Source: Spongospora subterranea f. sp. subterranea
Taxonomy: Eukaryota
Length of the DNA stretch: 64,000 nucleotides
Direction of reading: 5' to 3'
Assembly: GCA_049724395.1 (NCBI GenBank)
Contig: JAUGWO010000020.1
Location: 62,001-126,000 of the forward strand
Position numbers and translations under genes: made by a program. The notes beneath the pieces are model-generated. The model was not told the origin of the DNA, did not search any database, and was given only the letters and a program-made list of their open reading frames with translations. Each line of letters opens with the position of its first letter. The first letter of the stretch is position 1. Shown piece by piece: positions 38,901 to 52,248 of the stretch.

Positions 38901-41900
38901 CAAAGTTCTGGACGTCTTGCAACACTCCTCCCCTTGCGGGAAATACTCCAACAGATTGCATATCGGGCAGAGAGTGATTGTTCCTGGGAAAAAGATATGT
39001 CCCTATTTTTCTCGTGTCGTTTGGTTTTCAAATTGTTTTCATTTGACGTTAGAGAATCATGGTTCCAAGATATATTCACTAGGCTGGTTTCTATTTTGTA
39101 TCGACGATGCGCGTCTAGTCCGGTCAACGAGAGGCTCATTGCTTATCATTGCCATATTGTTCTACTAATCGCATGTCAAAATTATGTCAAATTTACTCAG
39201 GAATCAGCAGTAAGCATTGCCTTGGTGATGGCGTGGCAAAACCGAGCCGTTGGAATTGTTTCGAAATTTCACAGCTGCTTCTCGCTTATTGCAATCGCAT
39301 GTTCTCGAGTATGTTCACGTGCTGACGCGTATCTGTCCAAAATTTCGAAAGTTGATATCAACAGTGTTCTAACACAAATTTATATGCAAGGTGTTCTGCT
39401 GCAAAGAAACTACAAATGCTCAAGAACATGGGAATCTGTCAAGTCAGGAGACGATACGGAATCTTATTGGATATCGGCGCCATCAAAATGCGATTTAGGA
39501 ACGGCTGGCTCGTGGGGTCAAGTATCAGTCGCATTCAAGCCATCCTCTGCGACATTTCTGCTCGATGGTGTCACTCCAATTTCCGACTGCACATCCTCAC
39601 TTTGGCCTCCCCCATCCTTATTAGAATGCGATGTGGATGACCTTGAACTCAGCTTAGGAATCAAATTATCGAAAAAAAGCCTGCTGCTCTGCGTCAACAA
39701 TATCTGGACTGTTGCCGGAGACGTTATATCTGAAATATATTTTGCTCCTGACAAATTTCTAACCCATTTCGACCCTCCTTACAATGATCCTGAAATCCAG
39801 AACTTTCCTTTGCCGTCGTCGTTAACGTGGATAGAAGATGTACTAACTGCCGATGTTCGATGTCTGCTTCATAAGGCTGGATTCGGGTCTGTTTGGTCAC
39901 CTGTCTTGACTAAGGAAGCAAGCAATGGTGACAGTGCTGCTCTACTGGGGAACGGTAGCGACGGCCATCGTCTCATCGCCATTTTAGAGCGATTGGACAA
40001 AACAATTCACATATCAACCGTCACTAAGCGCCCAGATTTCCAAGGAATATGGTTTACTTTTCGAGGGCGATATTCTCCATGCTTTAAGGAATCTTCACTT
40101 CTTCCAAAGTCTTCATTTCCACCACATGTGCTGATACGACGTTCCTCGAAAGTATTTATTCCGTCTAGAGTCATGCAATCGTTCATGCTTTCAGCAATTA
40201 CATCGCGATACAACAATTTCTGGATCCTTGACGACAACAGAATTCTGGGGTTCAAGCAGGCAGTCAATTCCGATCATCCGGATTTGGTTGTTTCGCAAAG
40301 GCCGTTGACAATTAGGCGCCCATTAAACCTCCATGTTGCCGTCATCGACCCAGAAAGAAGGTCACGGTGCAGGGCATATCTCCAGCGGTATCACAGTAAA
40401 GATCATCCTGAACGTTTGGAATCGGCGTTGGATAAGTGCTGCGGCCGCGTCGATCTCGCTCATGCCATTTTGTCGTCGTCATTGATCTCTGACTGTCAAG
40501 GGTTCATTCTGGTTTCAGATCGTCGGGGCGCTCTAGCTCAGGCACTTCTCAAGTCAGTGGCATGCATTGCCCCCAACGCCGATGATGTTTTGATCTGGGC
40601 TCCAGATCTGGTCGAGTACGCTGAGCATGAACAGAAATGTGCTCCCATTGGGCTTATGGAAATCCCTTCATTACAAATGCGCTTTCAACCACGAAATATT
40701 CTCACTGATCACTTAGAATGTGGGCAAAATGGTACGTCGTTCCGATTATGATATCTGAACATGACCAGTCATTGTTGTGTTTATCCCAGGACCCTTCCAC
40801 GCAATGTCCGCCTCTTCAACCACAACAAAAAAGGTCAGCTGTACCAGGAAGTTATTCTTGCTCGACAAGGGCCTTCAAGATGATCTGTTTGTTATTCCTC
40901 AAAAATCGTGGCCAACTCACATAATCCGTTTTACTAATGGGATACGTCGCGCAATGCTCCTAGGTAATGCAAGTCGTGATTTGTTTGTGGTCATTCCTGC
41001 CGAATCTAGCATTTGCTCCAGTCCGACGTATTTCTACCCCGTTCATGTTTCGCGAACGTTTTTACTGATGCCGTCCAGATCCCATCTCCTCAACCTTGTC
41101 CTCGTGCGATTTCGTCTTGCACATTATAACTGTGCGGCCTCATTGGCCATGGGGCTCGTTTGCCATTGCGATAACGCAGAAGCAACTGCCGACGAAAACC
41201 GTCTTTTAGCTGCTTTCGATGTGAACGCTGTCTTATCCGAAGCCGTTCCCAACGCTTGTGCCACTATTTTACAGGTTGCAATCGGTATCCCGGTCCCGAC
41301 TTGGCCCATCGCTCAAATTTATCATTCGTATCTTCTGCGATTACATTTGATATCGTCAGCGACATGCCTGACCTTGGATCAAGAACGGCATCTGTGCGAG
41401 GCCTATCCAAGCTTATCGAATTGTCATCATCCGCCGGTATTGACTAATCGAGTGCGATTGTTATTTGCCTGCCGAGGTGAAGAACCCGAGAGTATTGTGA
41501 TAATGAAGGTTCCGACTCTCAAAGGGACGCGCCCTTTTTTGAAGGAATTTCTAGATCAAGCACCATTTTTACTGAAAATGCTGGCGCGTAATCATTTCGA
41601 TTGGGCATGGACAGAGTTCTGCGAGTTCGACGATTTCGTCAATTGTAATTATCAGGGAATTGAGTTGATCGGGTTACTACGTCGGGCATTGGATGATGCC
41701 ATGAATGGGAGTCTTCATAGGACAGGTTTCGCTTTCTTATACTCTCTGGTAGCTGGACATGCTCAAGCAGTTCTCTGTGGAAACCGCACTCCTTCTTATT
41801 CGTTGGGTAAACTGCTCGTCCAAAGGAAAATAGTCAACTTCATCAAAACCCACGGGCCCTTGCATTTACATTCTGCTGAGATGAATCCTGCCAATGTAAT

Positions 41901-44900
41901 GAAGTGGATCCCGTATCTTGCGCTTGCTGTGATTGTTGAGTTTTGGTGATCTCGGTAGAAGGAAGGTTGACCTCCCAATGTTCCCTGGTTCTGGGCAGCT
42001 ATTCAAGCTGAGCAGTTTCGCGGGTAATGGGTTAATTTCGCGCTTTTTTAGCAATCTATTCCAAACGGGTTTCTTTACACAAGTTGGAGATAGCGCTAGC
42101 CCGTTGACACCGATTTCTGGCAAGTGTCGGACGCATCAGGAGCAAAGCGTGCTAGTGTCATCCCAGGCCGTTGATGATCACGATCTACGTTGCACCAGGA
42201 TAACAGATATGTCTCAACAACAGCAGATCTTGCATAATCCAGAGGTCGAGATCAATCTGGAGGAGCATGCACTTGGAAGAACGACCTCTGGTTCCACAGC
42301 GCTGCCACATGATCATGATGTTCTAACGAATCGACCGCTATCCATCATTCAGCTGGAGTGGTTTGTCAGGATGGAGCCGGTCGAACCCCAGGCTCCAGTG
42401 CAGATCAATTTACCACGTCGGTGGACAAAGAGCTGGGAATGTGATATGGGTCCGGTGACGCCATCTGGCAAGTTGCCCCGGTTGCTGTTGATGACTGAGG
42501 ACGATCTCGGCACGGAACAACTCTGGAATGTTCGCCACCAACAAGCAATCCGAAAACTGTGGGAGTTGCGAAAAATGCTGTCAACCATAATGCGGCACGA
42601 TCTGCTGGTTGTCGAGAAAGCCGTCCTGGCAATAACTGCAGCTGTAGACAGTGTATCTCTCGATCCCTGCTCTGCGTTGTTCGACCAGTCGAAAAGATAC
42701 GCTTTCGTGTTCCGACGCCTTGCTGGGGTCTGCTCGCGGCCAACTCTTGGCCAACTGATCGCTTGCTCCTGTTCTTCTCAATCATTCAATGATTTGATGA
42801 GAATCAATCCCTTCGTTTCAGCATTCAAACACCATCCATTGCATCTCCTAGGTTTAACAACTGCTGTAGTTTTCTTGGCATTCTCCTTCTGACTAACTAT
42901 TTTCGCCCATAGATGCTATATCGTCAACCATGCTGCGATCTTCCAGGATTGCACAGTGCCGGAATGCACTTGACTCTGCGGATGATCTATATCAGCAGCT
43001 AATCTCGCGCTTGGATAGTTCATACAATTCATTGAAAAGGGAATTCTTCCTCAAAGCCGACATGCTGGCATTGACGCTCTGCCAAGAACGTAAAATCGCT
43101 GAAGGGCGTTCATTTGATCCCAGATTACTTCTGTATGACTTTGCGTTCGAGGTTTTGTTTTCATCGGAGCAAATCCAGCTCTTGCGCCAGTTATCCGTTC
43201 CCTCACCTTCGAACGAACACCATATGCTCTCACTTCCCGGCAGTCTATCAACGAGTTCGGTAATTGTACCATTGCTAGCTTTGTTAACAGATGGGATGTC
43301 CCTAGTTTGCGTTGACCCGTCCTCCGTTTCACGACTATCGCACCGATGGTCCACGAAACTATTCCCAACGCTGTCTGGATTTCTGCCAACTACTCCAGTA
43401 ATCAGAACGGTATCTGAAAGATTCACATCCCCTCACGTATGTTGCACAAGTCATCACATTAAGCAAACTCCTTGTTTCAACTCCTTCATAGGGTTTCAAA
43501 AGGCGACTTCGATCTCCTCATGGCAATAAAGTAATATTACTAACTTCCGAAGCGCATCTTTGTTCAGTGCTCGTTCGTGGCATAGCCGCGCGCCGCAAGT
43601 CGGCCCCTGACGCTGGAATCTGGGTCCAAATCACTGAATCATTCAAGGGCGCTGTTCAGATCGGCGACAATTGTCGGTTGGAATTCTCCGTTGCGCTGCC
43701 TTGGTTGGAGACACACCTCTCTTTGAAGGCTTCTTCTAGCGAGTCTTGTGCTCGGCTTCCAACTCAAGACGGGACTGTCCTAATTCCATCTGCATCGCTT
43801 CGAATCAGTATTGCTGTATATTTATTGACACCGATCTTAACCAATTTGCAATGCGACGCCATCCTCAACACTGCCGTTGCGAAATGTATCGATGAGGGTG
43901 TTCTGACTCGATATCCAATTGCAGTTCTGGATGGCAAACATCCGTCATGGGAGTCGAGTCTTCGTCCTGCGCTTGAATCCTATGTTACGAAGAAATATGC
44001 GGATCCTGAAGCCGATGTTCTAATTCGGTCTTGGCTCGATCATATCCTGTTGGAAGTGCTCAGCTTAAAATCGGCGTCGCCCCCATATCCGGAAAGAGAT
44101 TATCTTCATCCGGATGTAGCTATTGGACAGGTTTGTAGCTGCAGAGGCGCTAGAATCTTTTCATTGATCATTTCCAACTCTAGTTTATCCGGCGGAAGCT
44201 TGCGGTTCACGTTGATCTCGTCGATCAAGAATTTTTAGACGATTTGCGAGATGTTCAACTGCCTCGTAGCCCAATATTATATCGTTCGGAAAATGTCGTC
44301 AAATGTACAGGTTACGATGTTGGCCGTCTATGCAGAAAGCGTGTCGCGTTGCACAGCGATTTCATCCCGATTCTCCCAGCGGATCAACTCTGGTTCACAT
44401 CGACCAGTATCCTCTCTTTGTTGACAGATTACGCCACCACTGGCAGCGATTCCATGCAAATCTCTGGGCCATCCATGTCAGAGTTGGTGGCGGCGACGAT
44501 AACCGGGACATTTAACTGTCTTGTTGACGCCGGAGGCGTCTTCGGCGCTCACTCTTCAAAGAACGTTGCGCAGCGTTTATTAGCGTCCGGTTTATCGTCT
44601 CGCTTCCGAGCTGTGGTCATATCGGATACTATCTCAGGGCAGTTGCTGATGGTTTTTAGCGATGACACCGTCGTCCCGTTGAGGCGGGTCAGGAAATCGC
44701 AACGAGATCTTTTTTTCTTGTTTATGTGCGATGATGTAGCCACCAGCGTTGACCTTTCATTGTTTGATACTGCTGTCTCATTAGTCTCTGTTCATCCTCA
44801 AAGAACCTCGTTCGCATGCCTTATTGGCACTATTGCTCTTCTACGCCGGGTCTCCTTGTCGCAGACGAGTCGCTTTCACATAATCAGTTCTGATGGCAAA

Positions 44901-46750
44901 TTGGAACCGCTGAGGTCTGTGGTGCAGCTATTTGAAATGATTGCGTGGAAAGACGAGACAGGGCATCGAGGGGCCTGGATCAGAATCTTTCATAATTATT
45001 GGCATCTGCTTCAATCGAAAAACCGTTTCCTGTTAGAGAAGTGTGGCCCGTTTTCAGAGCGCGATTGGAGCTGGAAATCCATTTCACAGCCTTGCTCGTC
45101 GTTCTGGCATGACTTGGTGCGGGATCGTATTCAGTGGAAGAAGCAACTTTCGAAGACCCGACAAGCGTCGTCGTTGTGCTTGGAATGGGAAGGGATGGAG
45201 ATGGCTGCCAAACACATCATCGACGATGGCAACGGCAATGTGTCGACCTTCGTGCTCGCGTTCAGCGTCCAGCTCGTGCTTCTGCAAATGTCGTCGCCCG
45301 AATTCAAAAACAGCGACGATGGCAATGGTCTCCTTTGAAACCGATCGAAAGAACGTCTTCACTAGAATGTGCCCCGTTCGCTTCATTGTATATCTCAAAA
45401 AATGTTGTTCGACAGGGAAAAGCTCTTCCAGTGTATGTCATCGCTCACTTTGACCCATCTTTAATTCGTATTTCCGATCCCGCTACGCCCGTTGAATACG
45501 ACCCGGCAACGAAAACGGAAGTATTACGGTGGGCGAGGGGTCCCGCCAATGACGAAGAGGTGTTCCTAAAGCAGTCGGCCAATGCCATCCCGAAGATGTC
45601 TCTCGAAACCCTCGCCATGATTGCAGGCAAGCAAGTTGGTGAACATTCGACTCATTTAAACTCGGAATATGTTGGAGTTTCAATACAAGAGGCCAGTCGA
45701 CTTCGAGACGACCTTCACGACAACAAACCAGCAGTCAAAGCCTTATATGTTTATCATCTTGGAGGGCAACCTGGCTTGCTGTGTTCGATTCCGACCTTGA
45801 TACCGGACGGAAATGTGTTAGCACAGATTGCTTCGGACCTGGAATTTTGGAACAATCCGATTCAAGGAAGCCGTGATTCCATCCTCACCATGGAATTGGT
45901 GAAATATCGGTTTCCAGGGTGGCAGGAGGCATTCACAGCCGTGTGGTGGGCTGATAGGCATCTGCATTCAAATAGGGTTGCAATGATGGCGCTAAACGAC
46001 ATCAGCCTTCTGCCAGATTGGGATGCGAGTTTCAAAGGGTCAAGCGTTCGACTTGGCCAGGTCGTAAATTGTCTTCATGACGTTGCGAAACCCTCGATCA
46101 TCGTGTCCCTATTGGAGCGGCATCATATCAATGGACGCGTCGTGTCGCATTCTGACCTAGTGTCAATCCTTCCCAGCTCTGGTGCTCCGAAGGCGGATGC
46201 AAACGTCGCGTCTGCGAAGTTTCCCGAATTTAGTGGGGAATGGTTGCAATCTGATCGTGGTGTAATGGTAATGCTTGACGCGTTGATCAAGTCAGCTTTA
46301 TCAGAGAGCGCAGGCATGGTATCCGTTGACGACGCCATTATGGTTGCACGCCTTCGGCAGGCGCTATCCTGGGTGGAGGAGAACGCTGTCCCAACGTCGT
46401 ATGGCCAAACCCCAGGTGTCGAATTACAGAGAACACTTGGCGCATATCCTGATCAAGGCTTTGTGACGTCGAGAGAAGGCGAAATTGACATCGTTTGGAT
46501 CCCTGACCAGGTCAGAGATCGAACAGTTTCTGACCATATCACTGTCGACGATCTCCATTTTTGGGCCATCGCTTGTTTAGGAATCTCTGGCTGCAACCAA
46601 CCCAAAGAAATGTTCCGTTGTCTCGCACAGACAAGCATTAGCTCCCTCTTTTCCGAAATCTCCAAATCCGGAAGCGATGCGTCAAAATTCCCACAGTTAT
46701 CTTTGCAATTTGTCCGTCATCTTCGTTTGTTTATTATGGAAAATCGATAA
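35951..46750 (+). CDS. Giant multi-exon DUF3638/DUF3645-like protein (paralog 2), with UBA-like segment
   Basis: SPCGW..FTVAVVNTS..GGLAYHP; DPRLLLYDFAFEVLFSSEQIQLL..VIVPLLALLTDG; YLHPDVAIG; CLVDAGG..SSKNVAQRLLASGL; YVGVSIQEA. Collinear similarity to paralog 1. Confidence 0.7.
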
Positions 46751-46900
46751 ACCAAGATTAGTCATATTCATATTGATCATGTTATGGTTCGCCTATAAAT
46801 TCAGAAGAACATCATGAATTTGACCGTTTTCTAGCCTACGCTGGTATCAATGTAGCCTACGGTTACATCGTGGGCAGTCAGTCAGTCAGCCATCATTACG

Positions 46901-48083
46901 ATGTTGTTTGGTTTTGACCACATCATGGAGCTGAACGTGATTGTGTTTGATGTGACGGACAGTTTCGTGGACGATAAACCAGGTACACCGATCCCTAGAT
47001 GTACATGGAATAGCAACCAACACTATTGGCACCAGTCGTGTCTGGGGTATGTCCATCAACGGCATCGCCAGCATTCTAACCCCAATTATACTGGTATCTT
47101 TGACTCTTTTCCATGTCTGCAACTCCTTCTTCCGGTCCAGTCCCTTCCGTCATGTCATATCGGTAGAGTTGTCAATCTTGGATTTTATCGGCGGCCTGTT
47201 CTCGTTATTCGCCGTGTTCATCTCGTTGTTCGACACCGCGTTGTGCCCATTATGGACACCGTGCGAAGCCCTATGTAAGCGATCCGGTTCATTAGCCCAA
47301 TCCCTTTTTTTAACACGACTCAGATTTCGGGGTCAGCTTCCTCTTGTTGCTCAATCGGATCTCGGTGACCTTCTACAGCCTCTCTCCTCGAATTGTCAGG
47401 CGAATGAACTGGATCATCACGGTCAGCATTTTCACCAGTATTCAGTCACGAACTGCTTTTGGGTTTCGGGTTAATTCGAATATTCCTCGTAGACGTGTTT
47501 GACAACCGCAACCATCAGCATGTCCATCCTTTCCGTCTTGGGATCGCGTTTTATCCAGGACTCCCCTTCCACGGCCGTCTCCTGTCACTTCGCCAAAAAT
47601 CTCAAGCACGATGGCCACTGGCTCATCGTATTTGTGTGTCTTTCGCTGACGGTTCTATCCGGTGGAATCATGTCCTCTTACCTGTTTTATGCTGGGTTAT
47701 CAGGGTTCCTGCAGTTCCGATACAATTCCCGTTTGAACCGTATCCAGATGCAGGACCGGTTCTCGATCGTGGTGTTGATTTTCATGAAAAGCGGCCTGGA
47801 CACGATCGTCGTGTTCTTCATCATCGGCGACCTATTCCTGGCCGTTGACGCCTCCCTCCCGCGTTTCATCGTCAGCGTGATTGAGCGATCATTGGCCGTC
47901 GTCCTCAGCGCCGTCATTCTATCCAAGATCTGTCGCCGCACGTACTTTAGGAATGCCAGTAGGCCGAACACAACGATCGTCGGCCTGAAGAAGTCGGCGG
48001 GCACTAGCACCGGGAATGGTAGTTCTGCTGTCAGCGGTGGCGAAGTCTGCAAATCAGTTGCCAGTAGAAGCGGAACCAGCTGA
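46901..48083 (+). CDS. Multi-pass (7TM-like) membrane protein, multi-exon
   Basis: About 6-7 hydrophobic segments across ORFs 47049-47474 and 47499-48083, with a Ser/Gly-rich tail. Confidence 0.55.
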
Positions 48084-50230
48084 GCAATTGCAACCGAGGC
48101 GAGTACGGCAGTTATCAACCGCACACGACTTCCAAACATTATTTACTGCCGGGTTGTCGTCCTCACCTTCAATGCATCGTATTGTTACTTTCAACTGTTC
48201 ATTCAGCAAAATTGAACGAACTTGCGCTGCCAAACGATCTTCAAACCATTTTAGCAAAGCTGGATAACAACTATTTGAAAAATCAAAACAATATAATCGC
48301 CATGAGGGGCTTAAAAAAATACAAAATCGATAAGATTGTTCAATGGGCACTGGCTGTCTGATAATAAGCACCAACTTCCGCTCTATATAAATGCTCCTGT
48401 TGATCCAACAGCATTATCTGTGGTGGCTATGAACACTGGCCATCATGGGCCTATGATAGAGATATGACAGCGTATGTGAGACAGAAGGACAACCCATTCA
48501 TAGGCGGGATGACAACAGAATTGTGCTAAGCAGTTAAAGTTTTAGAACAGGTTTACAAAATCACTTACGCAGATCTCAGAATTGTTTGACGTTCCTGTGA
48601 ACGATGAATCATTGAAATTATTGCTGTGAGCAGCTGGTTCAGCATCAGTTAATCAAGGGCCATCTCTGCCCGAGTTTAAGCACAAACTGCTATGCGGCCT
48701 ATGTGAACGGTTTTGGGAATAAATCAGGATGATGTATGTACTGTAGGAATATTGTTTTCATGCGCGCGAACATGTCATCGTGTAGTCTACAAGGGCATTG
48801 AATCGAGCTTGGCGAAGTCTCTAAGGCCGGCTTTTTGCGTTTCGACAATTCGGCAAAGGCTGTGCTCAATTGCTCACAAATACAAACTGTTGATGAGGAC
48901 GGATTGCCCGACAAAATAGACATCACGCTTACGACCTTACGTGGCCTGAGGGGTTAATCAGCCGGCTAGGCGAGGAAAATTGTTCAGATGATAAATGACA
49001 AAATTACTACAATCGATGATGGATGGGCAGTTTAATTGAACCTCGCGCGCGGAAGGCGACGCCTCGTAATTCAGATTTCAGACCCTGGTCCACATATTCA
49101 CTATTGTTGGCGACCAGTTCAAAATAAATTCTAGCTCCAAAGGCTTCAAAAAGCCTGTTATTGACGCCATATACAGGGTTGCGTTCTAACTCTTCAGAGA
49201 GAATTCCAGGGGGTTGGTCTCCAGTGTTTGTTTTGGCGGCCACGCCTGGGAGAAATAATGACGCGGACGACATTACCAAGAATCGGTTACGATATTCATT
49301 CCGATCGTTTCCCCTGACGAACCAAGTGAACCATCTGACAATTGACACTTTCCCTTTAGCTCATTCACTGATTTCACAATCGTTTTCTCATCACTCTATG
49401 CATGAGTGGCACCTTGTACGTTGCTCTTCTTCGGGCACTTGGCGCTGATTTACCATCGCAATTACTGGAACGCACTCGCATATTCCCATTACGGAAGTAA
49501 ACATGAGCGATGACATAGGCTGACCGTATCGTTCAAAGAGCAGAACTAGGTCGGGATGGTTCTGAAATACCTCCCAGACATTTGCGATCATTTCAAAGTC
49601 GAGGCAAAGTCACAACGACGGTGGAAGCCAACCCTCTCAACGAAGCATCGCCTTCGCCCGTATTTCAGATCTGTCCTTGACGACGGGTTGAAAATATGAT
49701 GCGATGCGGTTCAGTGATTTAGAAATGCCACTGCATTCTCGTGTTCCATTCAGCAAAAATCGAACAATTCCCGTGGTGTATCAATTTATGCTCAAGCAAG
49801 CGTTCAATTGCGAAAGCATGCCGGCATTTGAGTCGAGTACCCCCCAATTTACAAAAATCCATTCGCCAGATGGATCCAAAGCGACAAGCTCGGCGCCAAG
49901 CAATGCGGCGTGTTTTTGCATGATCTCATGACATCTGACCACCGATGCTCTCATCCGTTGACATCCGACCGGGTGAAAACGGACCTCGGTCTCTGACGAA
50001 AAACAGCAAATGGGCGACAGCCATAGAGTCACGGAACCCTATGGGCGTTCACAATTGGTGGAACAATTCTGCCAACGACGTTTTCCAGGATCGGATACCC
50101 TATGGGCGTTCAGGAATACACTGCAGGTGCGGCCTGTTATGGACCGGGTTACGCACTGTTGGTCACTCCTGACCTGGGCCAGTTATTGTACAGTACACTG
50201 TACACTTGTGACACCCCCCCCCTGATACGT
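48050..50230 (-). mobile_element. Degenerate ORF fragments, possibly a KDZ/CxC-type transposon relic
   Basis: Broken minus-strand ORFs with KH..L...DPSGE..GVLD and WHF.NH...FNP remnants, plus short repeats at the right end. Weak. Confidence 0.2.
50036..50112. repeat. 16-bp direct repeat accctatgggcgttca (two copies)
   Basis: Exact copies at 50036-50051 and 50097-50112. Confidence 0.85.
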
Positions 50231-50327
50231 ACAGTATGTCAGGGAAAGGGGCGGCGCCCACCCGTTTTATCCATTTGGTCTTTCGTCCTGACGGTTTCGA
50301 TTCGGTTCCCGTTCAGCTCTATCGACC

Positions 50328-50909
50328 ATGATGGTGTCCATCGATCCGGAATTCGGGTACGTTATCGCTGTACTCATAGCGTTCTATGTGCAACAGAATG
50401 TGATCTTCGTAGCGTTCGTTGTGAAGGCCCGTATGAAAACCAAAATTAAGGCGCCTACGTTGTATCCTCGGGATAGGTACGCTCATCGATAAAATCACCA
50501 ACAGCTGCGTCAAAACCGATTTCATATCATTTACAGCGAGGTGAAAGCTTTGAAATTGACAGAAGATAATGTGGACTATTACCTGCGCGCTCAACGTATT
50601 CACCAGAACAACATCGAATTCATGTCCATGTTTCTACCGGTTTTCTTGATGGCGGGCATCGCTAACCCGATTCAAACCGCCATAGCCGGGGCTGTGGTGT
50701 GGACTTTCCGAATGGCTTTTGCCTTGGGGTACTCAAAATCGACTGGGTCTCGGTCCATTGGCGCCCCGTTTCATTTGGGCGAATTGTTAGTTGACGAATT
50801 TTGACGGGATCTGTACGTCGTTTGTTGACTTTTGATTCTGTACAGATACATTCTCTATATAGCTGGGAAATTCGCCTATCAACTCCTAGTTGATGGAGGA
50901 GGCAAATGA
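50328..50909 (+). CDS. MGST3: MAPEG family microsomal glutathione S-transferase (MGST3-like), 3 exons
   Basis: EFGYVI..VVKARMKTKIKAPTLYP..YLRAQRIHQNNIE..RMAFALGY..R..G. Introns 50477-50536 and 50786-50845 give a continuous frame. Confidence 0.9.
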
Positions 50910-50986
50910 GCCAGTACAACGACGATGAAACATCGCTGAGTCACAATAAAGCATCTCACATTATGCAATATTAACGCAGTTTAATG

Positions 50987-51793
50987 TTAATTCAGTCCAG
51001 TTTGTTTGACAATTTTATCGAGGAGAGTGCTCATGACGCTCTTCATTACGGGCTGACCCTTAGCGGTTCTCTTTAGAAGATGCTTCGATTGTGTCAGCCG
51101 GTATTTCCGTTTTTCACTCATCTCCTTTTCGCGTTTCGCCGCTTCTTGTTCTTTGATCGCTCGTGCAGCTTTCAGCTCTTCCTGCTGTTTTTGCCATAGC
51201 TGCAGCATCGATGATTTCGCTGCTTCCCGCTTGGCTTCTGGAATCACTTGAGGTGTCCCTTCGTGAACGAATTTGCACTTTTGCCCTTTCTCCTGGCATC
51301 CTGTTCTGGATGTGTAAAACTTGCATACCCGTAACTTCTTGGCAGCGGCGCCTTGATGTCTAAATTCACATTTTGCACCGTTTTTGCAACCTTTGCCAAC
51401 GGTGAAAAATTTGCAAATAGGTTTCTCCTCATCTTCCTGATCGGAATCTGAGCCCATTTCCGAATTGTCCTCCTCATTGGATTGATTATAGGTTAGCCCC
51501 GTTTCATTAGAAACTTGCTGTCTATCGGAATCTGAATCCCTATCACCTGTTTTGTCAGGGAATTGACTGCGAATATTCGGCTGCTGTTCGTGCTTCAACA
51601 TCGTGTGGTATGACCTTAACATACGCGCTTTAGCGAAATATTGTTTCTCTTTGGCTTTCTTGGGATCATATCGCTGCCCTTTCCTAAGTAATGTTGTGAT
51701 ATCAATCGCTTTTCTTCGTCGTTCAACATCCATTGTCATTTTCGCGAAATCTATGTCATAAACCCTACGAAGTTCGGACAGCGCAGCGGACAT
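50987..51793 (-). CDS. Fyv7/TAP26-like rRNA-processing protein with two CCCH zinc fingers
   Basis: C-terminal KRTAKGQPVMKSVMSTLLDKI is the Fyv7/TAP26 motif. Fingers CKFFTVGKGCKNGAKCEFRH and CKFYTSRTGCQEKGQKCKFVH. Single exon. Confidence 0.75.
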   Translation of the reverse strand: MSAALSELRRVYDIDFAKMTMDVERRRKAIDITTLLRKGQRYDPKKAKEKQYFAKARMLRSYHTMLKHEQQPNIRSQFPDKTGDRDSDSDRQQVSNETGLTYNQSNEEDNSEMGSDSDQEDEEKPICKFFTVGKGCKNGAKCEFRHQGAAAKKLRVCKFYTSRTGCQEKGQKCKFVHEGTPQVIPEAKREAAKSSMLQLWQKQQEELKAARAIKEQEAAKREKEMSEKRKYRLTQSKHLLKRTAKGQPVMKSVMSTLLDKIVKQTGLN

Positions 51794-51823
51794 CACAAGT
51801 CCGAAAATCTATCGTTCAAAAGT

Positions 51824-52248
51824 CAGTCACCGCAGGACAAATTGGGAACGTTGGTAAGGTCATTCATCGCACGGCCAACATCATCGTCGACCGTTGCAGA
51901 CTCTCCAGAGTATTGCGTCAACGCGGGACCCCCCGTTTGTTGAACGTCTTCTTCAAGTCCTCAGACAAATATGATTATCCGGTTAGCTTGACTGGACTTG
52001 ATGTATTTTACAGTTGCGCGTTCGCCAAGACCAGCGCGTCTGCCCTCGACGATGGCAACGAATCCAGTACGAAAACCGCACTCGGGTTTGATTAAAGCAA
52101 TTTCGGAAAAACTATCATTGTGATTCATATGGACTTGAAGAGGACGTTCATCAAACGGGGGGTCCCGCGTTAACGCAATACTCTGGAGAGTCTGCAACGG
52201 TCGACGATGATGTTGGCGATGCGATGAATGACCTTACTGCGGTGACTG
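51824..52248. repeat. Near-perfect inverted repeat, core arms 51854-51960 and 52131-52237, 170-nt spacer
   Basis: 107-bp arms with 5 mismatches by manual alignment, plus an outer 12-bp match cagtcaccgcag/ctgcggtgactg. Confidence 0.95.
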
